64,000 bases of DNA, from positions 8,546,722 through 8,610,721 of the forward strand of contig OZ037766.1 of the NCBI GenBank assembly GCA_964035545.1, read 5' to 3'. Position 1 is the first letter of the stretch, and each line of letters opens with the position of its first letter. The position numbers were made by a program, and so were the translations under genes. Shown in pieces: positions 55,680 to 64,000 of the stretch. The DNA is from Bugula neritina (Eukaryota; Animalia; Bryozoa). The notes under the pieces are model-generated. The model did not search any database, was not told the origin of the DNA, and saw only the letters and a list, made by a program, of their open reading frames with translations.

Positions 55680-56470
55680 TAGTATAAGTATTGTAGTTAT
55701 GGTTTAAGTTATTCAGTATGATTATGTTAAAATATGATTGTTATACTGATGGTTATGCTAATACTTATGCTTAGACTCTTAGACTTATAGCAGGAGTAAT
55801 GCTAATAGTAATAGACTAATACTAATAGTAATAGTAATACTAATAGTAATAGTAATAGTGAATAGTAATACCAAGTTCTAACATATATTTTATGAGTTTC
55901 CTTCCCAGGACAATCAGAGACCTTAAAATCTCTGAAGTCACTCCTTCATAACACTCCTCCGTGAAGGTCTCCTCTTCCCTAGAGACTCAACACAGATTGA
56001 GATAGTAAGATACACTTACAGATAGTGAGATACACTTACAGATACAGATTAGTATAAGTATTACTAATAAGTAATAACTATAAGTATTAGGCTTAAGATT
56101 TAGCATTAAATTTAGCATTTATTTAAGATTAATTATTATAATAATCATTATGATTAATATTATGATATCAATATCATTATGACTATAATAATCACTATCA
56201 GTAAACACGATCAAAATCCTTGTGGTGTTTATATTAGATGTTAATTGTTTTAAAAATACCTATTAAAATGAAAAGTTCATAATCATATGCTTTTGGTTAC
56301 TATAACTTTAATAAGGAAAATGTCTTCATTAGACTTGGTTAGTGTTACTGTTAGTGTTACTGTTGGTGCAAGTGTTACAGTCAAAGTGTGTTAGTCGGTG
56401 GAAAGATATCACTGACTAACACAATTAACAGTTTAACATCATTAGCAAATTACCATTTTTGAGACTTGGA
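55680..56470. repeat. Drifting-hexamer tract T5
   Basis: (TAATAG/TAATAC)n at 55797-55870; ttagac tcttag; agtgtt actgtt agtgtt actgtt; gacttg gacttg. Upstream of the SLC22 ATG. Confidence 0.75.
55871..56050 (+). mobile_element. Extreme 3' fragment of the same LINE family, inserted in tract T5
   Basis: Encodes PSSNIYFMSFLPRTIRDLKISEVTPS* (compare SFLPRTIRD); GTCTC...GAGAC stem-loop; tail of two 20-bp units GATAGT[A/G]AGATACACTTACA (56001-56040). Confidence 0.75.
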
Positions 56471-56479
56471 CTTGCTCAA

Positions 56480-57050
56480 ATTTTAATGTCTTCTACTGTA
56501 TTTACCTTTATCCCACTCTTCTTGACGTAAAAGAGTGGGCTAAGGGGAGAAAGCCAGTGGCTTATTTAACCCAAATAATGAGTAATGTAGCATGCAAATG
56601 TATGTCTACTAGAGTTTTATTAGCAAGTACAGGAGTAGCATCAATTGCTACTTGGGGAAGTTCGTTCCAAACATCAATTGCTCTTTGGGAGAAAAAGTGT
56701 TTTCAAATGTTAGTTCTTGCACACTGTTTACAGATCTTTTGGTATGTGGAAAATTTTGTAGAGTCAATTAAGTCATATCCTTTTATTATCTTAGAAGTTT
56801 GTATAAGGTCGCATCTAAGCCTTCTAAATTCTAGGGTGTCTAGATTAAGTCGTCTCCTACATAGATCATAGTCTTCCTCTTTGTTTGATGATACTAATTT
56901 TGTAAATCTTCTCTGAACTCCTTCAATAAGCTTGATGTCCCTTAACAAACTGGGAGACCAGGCAGGAACAGCATATTCTAAGTGTGGTTGAACAAGATAT
57001 TTATGAAGTTTCAATAAGACATCCGCTCTTTTAGTGCTAAAAGTCCTTGA
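56480..57050 (-). mobile_element. 3' fragment of a second CR1/L2-type LINE subfamily
   Basis: LVQPHLEYAVPAWSP...IEGVQRRFTKLV...LEFRRLRCDLI, then HFFSQRAIDVWNELP; 3'UTR hairpin CCCACTCTT...AAGAGTGGG at ~56512-56539. Confidence 0.85.
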
Positions 57051-57798
57051 AACAAGTCAATCTTCAATTTCAAGTTGATCAAGTCGAGTGAAGTAAAGGA
57101 CTTTAACCAGTCAACTTTGCTCAAGTCGACTTAACCTGAATCTAACTTTAACAGAGACAGTGTGATTCAGTGCTTCATAGTAGTGAAACAGCTATGAATA
57201 ATTTTACTTTGCTAGTGTTGCACTATTTAAGTTAAAAAACTATTGAATTCCAGGTCTCAAATATCGTATCCTTTTATACAAAGAAATTTAGTATAAAGGA
57301 AAGGAAAAGTTCATTAATTGGCTTTTCTCTGATGGCTGCTCAAGTTATCATAGATGTCTGGCAGTTGAGAGTTTGTGTGTTTTGTGAGAAAATTCTCAAT
57401 AGAAAAATGAAATTGAGATGTGAAGTTTTAGCACATGGCACACTAACTCAGAAGAGACACAAAAGTTTTGTAGCTTCCGATGCCCACCACCAAACTAATA
57501 TATTGATGTCCAAATTTTCCCAATGATTGAATTTTCATTTTATAAAGCATATAACTTATTTTTTGAACTTCAATTGCGTACGACCATGCTTTATAATGAC
57601 AAACACCAAGCATGTAAAGAGTTGCCTTGGCAACCTGAATATTATGCAGCATTTCTTTAGAGTACTGCTAACTTTCTATTTAATGGATGCATATGATTTT
57701 TCTATAAGTTCCAATTTACAACGGCATGCTATAAAAGATGGTAGTTATAAACTTAACAATAACTTTGACAGCCTGTTGATATTTCAGGGTTATCAATA

Positions 57799-60700
57799 AT
57801 GGATATTGACGATGTCTATATTAGAACCGGAGAATTTGGATATTTTCAGTGGAAGGCATTTGCCGGATCATTGATAGGTGCTATATATGGCGGTACAGAT
57901 ATGGTGCAGAATATATTTTCTGGTTCTATTCCTGATAACATGACTTGCAGTGATGAGAATTTCAGTGCTTGTGATAGCAGATGTCCATCAATAGTGTACC
58001 CATATGACAAGTTTCAGTCATTTTCCACAGAGGTATATTTGCTATTCGCTAGTGTATATAAACATATAAATATGTTTGTTGTTATATAAACTGGTTGTTG
58101 GTTATCAAAAAGTAAGTTAAGCTCTAATAAGGTGTTGGTTTAATGTAGACCTATGAAATTATTTAATGGCACCATAAAACAACTTGTTATTCTCTGTAAG
58201 TTAAGTAAATACCCACCTGGTAAGCTGTTAAAAAATGTATTCATCAGTTAATTATTACTTGAAATACTTGTGTATTTTACATATGCATTGTATAGAGTAT
58301 TGTTTGTTTGTAAGGATTAAAGATATTCATCTATTCACACCATAATCTATATGAATGCACATATATTGTATTTGACGATCATTGCTTTTTTAATTTTAGT
58401 GGAATTTGACATGTGGAACAGACACATCGTTCAGTTCAAACACACAATCCATATTTATGATGGGTGTTATGATTGGCTCATTTATAGTAGGTGGTCTGGG
58501 GGACAAATATGGCCGATTTCCCGTAATACTTTCTTGTCAATTCTTCTCCGGATTATTTTGTCTAATCAGCGCCTTTGCTCACACATGGAAAATATATGCA
58601 TGCTTTAGGTAAGCTTCTCATTACCTAAGCCTTTATATCCCTTCTGAAGTTTCTTTACGGAGCAAACTTTTATTTTGTTGTAGTTATTTACAGTTTACTT
58701 TTACAGGTTTCTTACTGGGTTCTTTCTCAGTGGAATTATTAATGTGAGTTTTATTTTGACATCTGAACTAGTTGGACCAAGTAAGCGAGGCATCATTGGA
58801 ACTATGCCCGCTTTAGCTTTTGCTGTCGGTATCGTGATTTTATCGTTTGTCTCATGGCTGACTCAAAATTGGAGAGTCATGACTGCTATATTTGGCATAT
58901 TTGGTGTACTGTGCACAGCCCCATCATATTGGTAAGTATGATTCGATTACAGGAGTAATCTCATTACTTTGTTAAAATAAACTTATTAATAAATATATTT
59001 ACTACACCACATGCAATATAAATTTTACAGAGTGAAAAAGCTAATTTTAGCAGTTGGAATTATTTTTAGGATTTATTGTATAATAATTCGATTATTTAGT
59101 AAATATTGATAACTCTAGTCAACTGATGCAAATATTGGATATTATTTTACATATTTTTAAAGAATTCTTTATTGTCAACAGTTTGTTTGAAGAAAGCCCC
59201 AGATGGCATCTTGGTAACGGGAATGTTGAAAAAAGCAAGTCAATTCTAAGGAAGATTGCTCGAACAAATGGCCATGATCTGGGTGATATTGAGCTTAAGG
59301 TAAATGTGTGTATTTCAACTTACAAATTGCTTTTGGTGGCTTAAAAGATGACTGCAACCTCGCCATACTGCTTCTTGATGACTCAAACAAGCGCTGCTTT
59401 GCAGCAGACCTATAATAATATTCCAAATACTTTGCAGTACTGTGTTGAGGGCTCACAGTGCATGTATGTTTATCAGATAGATTCAAATGTGCAACATTTT
59501 TATAATGAAATTGGCCTGTAAAAAAGACAAAAGCTTTGAAGCTATTGTCATACTATATAAAAATGTCATCCATACTCTGATAAATTTGCATATAAGAAAG
59601 TTGTGCACATAAGAGTTACAGGCAATGTGTGAATCATATGACGAAACGTTTGGTCTCTGCCAGCTTATGAGTTGCATAATATATTTTGTGTCAATAGAAG
59701 TCATTTGATGAAGCTTTGGTGTCTGGTATATCTTGATATGAGTTGTGCAGCTTAGACCAAGAGAATATTGTTTTAAAATAATAAAAATGACAAATTTCAA
59801 AATTATTGCCAATTTTATTTGTATTTACAAAACCAATTGCAGTCTAACTACCGTGCATGAATAAGAGTTTTAGTGGAAGTATTGTCAGAAGCTATGTTTC
59901 ACCCCTATTCTTATTTTAGGTTGCTACCAAATCGGAAGGCAGCAGTAAAGGAGGTAAAATCTCTCTTATTTCACTGATCTCTCATGATATTTTGCGAAAA
60001 ATTACTCTCATACAGTTGGTATCATGGTTAGTAAAATATATTAAAATTCAGGTACCAGTATATTTTCCAGTTGTGGTCTAGTGGTTAAAGCACTGGCTAA
60101 GTAAACGCAAGGTCAGTGGTTTGAATCTCAGTACAAGCCATTAGCAATGTTAGGAAAAGCATCCAGTCATAATTGCTCTTTTGTCAAAATTAAAAACAAG
60201 TACTCATTAGCTCGCTTAAAAATGCCTTTTCCATCAGTGGTTCTCACAGCCCACAGGGATGGTGGCTTTAAACCCACACTAGTTTTTACTCTTCATAAAT
60301 ATTTTGATTGATTAAAAATTGTTGGTGAGTTGAAAACAAAATGCAGCAGTTTTATTGTATATGTTTAAATAGAAGCTCTAATTTATCACGAATTTGTGAG
60401 CAATAAAAGATTAGATGCTGGTGAAATTTGAGCATTGAGAAAACAACTCCAAAAGTTAATTTCCGTATTCAAGACCTGTGCTGTTTCATATTATTCTCCT
60501 AACCACCAGTTGTTGTTTTAGGTTTACATGCAGCTCCGTGTATTATGGATTAACTATAGCATCTGGTGACATGGGTGGAAATAGATATATTTCAGTTATA
60601 TTGAGTGCGCTGGTTGAAATTCCATCAAATTTGGTCATCCTGTATGTCATGAATTTGCCCCAGTAAGTGTAGCAATTTATACATGATTATCAAAATGATA

Positions 60701-61679
60701 TGTTTAGAGTCTCTTTAACCTTAGAAGTTGTAGCGTAATACTAGTCTAGCTACTTGTTGATATGTCTTACTGTAGATGTGGTAGAGTGAAAAGTTGTGTT
60801 GGTGGACTAATAATTAGTTCTCTCTTCTGCGGAAGCATTTGGTTTATCCCTGATGGTAAGTTCATATTGTTTGATGTTGAGATTTGCATATTCTGTTATC
60901 GAAAAGTTAATTAAATTTTATTGGTTAAGGTTAGAATACATAAAGTTCTACCATGATCATGCAATACAATATTCTCAACTCTTACAAATAATAATTATTT
61001 TGTTATTGTTTCAGGTCATATTGCAGTCATTACTGGGCTAGCTTGTGCTGGAAAGTTTTTCGTTGTTACCTCCTTTGCAGTGATTTTTGTGCAGGCAGCA
61101 GAATTGTACCCAACACCTATCAGGTTATTATGTTATTTGTTTCTGTTGCAATTTTTAGCCCATACCACATCAAATTTACCCCTTGCAGTACAGGAACGCA
61201 GTGAATCATGTCGCAGGGGATAGATTTGATGTACTGTAGGTTGAAACTTTATTATCTCTGTAAAGATATAGAAACATCACAGTGTAGTGTGAATGCAGTC
61301 TTAAGTTTAGGTAACTAATATCAGAAATGCATTATTGTGTCTAACTAGTTGCATTCAATCCATATCGTTTTATATTTTCAGAAATCTCGGATTAGGAGTC
61401 ATCTCTGTAGCTAGTCGACTTGGCGGTGTTATGGCTCCACAAATAGTCAACCTGAATAATATATACCACAATGCACATTTCGTGTTGTTTGGTGTTTTGG
61501 GCTGCTTAGCTGGGGTTCTTTGCTTGATGCTTCCTGAAACTCTTGGCCGCCCTTTACCTGAATCTCCAGAAGAAATTTATCCCAACAGTAAAAAGTCCGA
61601 GAAAGAAATTGCTGGAAAAAGAAAAGGTGATAGGAATCCTCTTATCACTGAAATTGAAGACAATAGTAACGATTTTTAA
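57799..61679 (+). CDS. SLC22 (MFS) organic cation transporter family member, SLC22A15-like, 506 aa
   Basis: Exons 57799-58032, 58400-58608, 58707-58931, 59182-59299, 59920-60026, 60522-60662, 60776-60855, 61015-61123, 61382-61679 sum to 1521 nt. Motifs GEFGYFQ, STEWNLTC, GDKYGRFP, SELVG..KRG, EESPRW, AELYPTPIRNLG, LPETLGRPLP. Confidence 0.92.
60068..60280 (+). mobile_element. tRNA-derived SINE copy 3 (SLC22 intron)
   Basis: GTGGTCTAGTGGTTAAAGCACTGG (A box), GGTTTGAATCTC (B box), core GTTAGGAAAAGCATCCAGTCATAATTGCTC. Confidence 0.8.
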
Positions 61680-62266
61680 TTTTATTTTTCTCATCTCCGA
61701 TTATTTCATTTTTAAGCTCAATTATTAAAATTATTTCCAAAGGTTTTAGACAGACTTTATACCGAAATTTTCTTTTGGTCAAGAGAAGTGACAATTTTTT
61801 ATTAAATATGTAGAGGAAATTTTCGTGTTAGTATTATAACTAAAATACCTATTGGAAAATCCAATAGAAACTTACTGACAATGTTTTAAATATTAGTTTT
61901 TGAAAATAGTTTAACCAATTGTAAGATTTTATAATGCTCAAAATGGAGTCTTGTTATACATTCTAATTATTTCATCAATTTGCTACATTTCTTAATTTTA
62001 AAATATTAAAACCTATATTAATAGCAAAATTTAAATGTAATATAAAACAAAACTTACATTGCCATTACATTAAATTGGAATACAAATCATTTTCAATGAG
62101 GGCTTCAATAACATTAAAATATCTTTAGTCTTGAGTCCAAAATAAAAATATGGCTACAGCATTTTGAAGTTAGCATTTGCAGCTAACAATAAAACAGAAA
62201 TGTTTGGAGTCTATCAGATAATTAATGTAGGAATAATAAAAATATGAATATTTCATCTATCCAAGC

Positions 62267-63729
62267 TCAGGAATTAGTTTGAGAAAGAACATTCTCAACC
62301 TTGATCATGATATTTTCCAGTTCATTGGCTTTTATCACAATAATTTCTCGTAATGGTTCATACTGATCTTCTAGTTCTGAATCCCATTGCTGTACCACAC
62401 CACTGTCGCGTTCTTCTGCAACTGTGAAGGTAGCTTTAAACTCTGCTGCCTGCAACAAATGTTAAAGATAGTCATAAAATCTTGTGTAGCTATAATTTAC
62501 AAAATTTTACACCGTTTTTAAATGACAGGAAATAAAAAGTTGAAGGCAATTATGGGCACTGTTGTGAAACCTACACAATATTATAAATAATTATTAATAT
62601 ATAAATCTAGGAAATTAGAGGGCAGTAGTGGTCTAGGGGTTAGAGCACTGGTTTAGTAAATCTATAGCCTAGTCATGGGTCCCCAGTAAAGGCCATTGGT
62701 GGTGTTAGGAAGAGCATCCAGTCATAATTGCTCCTTTGCCGCATGTGGCTGATGGAACAAAAAACCTTTCTATCAAGGTTTCTCACAGGGGTAGTGATAA
62801 TAAACTATAAAGGTTTTATAGATCTAAGAAATTCACACCTCTGCAAAAAATTCTTCTTCCCCATTGCTATATATTTCTGATTCTAGAGGCTTCTTTGATC
62901 TGCGTTTTTTCCCAGGTTTTGGGAGGGTTTTCATTCTAAACTTCTTAGCTACCATGATGTAGTGACTGCAATGGTAATCCTCTCCTTTCTGGTTAGCAGT
63001 GTTCATTTCTTGTCTATATAAAATAATGAAAATTTAGAGCTCGAATGATGCCAACCAATTGATTCAGGACATAGCACAAAAACAAACTCATTTTCAATTT
63101 AAGAATTAATGAAAATATTGACCTGATGGATTGGAATGAGGGTACAGCAATTTGTGCTGGAATATTAACGAATCGTTCATTGATTAACCATCCAATATTA
63201 TTACTGGGATTCTCTAGAATAGCTTGTAATTGGCTAGCAGAGCTCTTGGAATTGGCTAACTTCTGGAGCCAATGCTTCTTGATCTGATCAGTACATGGTT
63301 TATCCTAACAAATGCATAATATCCATATACTACATGCAAGTAAGTATAAATGTTTCTAAAACAGCCCAACCTACATATCGTAATCATACAAGTTTTTATA
63401 GATGCGGAAACAGTTAGCGTATTCGAGGCTCAAATCGGCTTAAAGAACAATAATGCTCTTTCAAAAGCATGAACTGCCCTGTAAATAATACATAAATATA
63501 TTCACTTTAATTTTATTGCTAATGCCAATCTTAGATTACAAATCCAACAGTCATAATATTTCACTAAAAACTTTAACAAAGTCACTTTTGTTAGAAATAT
63601 AACTATTCACCACAATAAACATACCTTATATTTAGTAATGTTTAGGCAAGTTATGACACCATATACTTGGTTAACATCCTCTTCCATGCTACTCTCATCC
63701 TCATCATCGTCTCCATCATCCAAATATTG
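62267..63729 (-). CDS. BCCIP: BRCA2 and CDKN1A-interacting protein homolog, 3' part (continues beyond the window)
   Basis: Exons 63729-63625, 63304-63123, 63013-62839, 62449-62267 in phase. Acidic loop plus VYGVITCLN, IGWLINERFVNIPAQIAVP, YSNGEEEFF. Confidence 0.9.
62620..62810 (+). mobile_element. tRNA-derived SINE copy 4 (BCCIP intron, antisense)
   Basis: GTGGTCTAGGGGTTAGAGCACTGG head; core GTTAGGAAGAGCATCCAGTCATAATTGCTC; 3' part ...GGTTTCTCACAGGGG shared with copies 1 and 3. Confidence 0.8.
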
Positions 63730-64000
63730 CTGAAATAAGCAGATCACAAATAAAACCCTTTTTGGGAGAATATAAACTGTCAAAAGCAATTAGTCACTAA
63801 TTAGAGGCTTGCAATATTTTATTTTACCTAGCACAATACTATGGCTTCAGAAAAATATATAAATTTCTTTGATACACTAAGTTTCTTATGAATGCATTAT
63901 GTAAGATAAAATGATACTAAAGCAGTGCCACTTTTTGGGCATTCTGTATAACATTGGTACAGAGTGTATAACATTATATTGATTAGAGCAAGTGAATCTC

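Noticed and set aside
60068-60140. tRNA-like sequence (also at ~12.0 and ~62.6 kb)
   Set aside because: No intact cloverleaf and followed by a shared SINE body, so these are SINE heads rather than tRNA genes.

Overview
Eukaryotic, AT-rich, CpG-depleted animal (invertebrate) genomic DNA with short GT-AG introns. I built spliced models by hand and checked phases for ten protein-coding genes: CDV3 (3' part, +), HS2ST1 (+), an unrecognised type-I membrane mucin with two CBM20-like ectodomain modules (+), KCTD10/BACURD (-), TMEM104 (+), a GAL3ST-family sulfotransferase (+), a TRIM (RING-B1-B2-coiled coil-beta-propeller) carrying an in-frame TAF4-type TAFH domain at its N-terminus (+), a secreted Gly-rich repeat protein (-), an SLC22 transporter (+) and BCCIP (3' part, -). 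Mobile DNA comprises one apparently intact two-ORF CR1/L2-group LINE, three LINE remnants, an RTE relic, four copies of a tRNA-derived SINE and two MITEs with target-site duplications. Three observations stand out. (1) The TAFH-TRIM chimera, whose TAFH exons are mostly invisible in the ORF track. (2) Drifting-hexamer (TAATAG/TAATAC-type) tracts that sit beside CpG-retaining promoter-like islands and contain or abut every CR1/L2-group LINE in the window. (3) The tandem CBM20-like surface mucin. All identifications rest on remembered family motifs; no database search was run.
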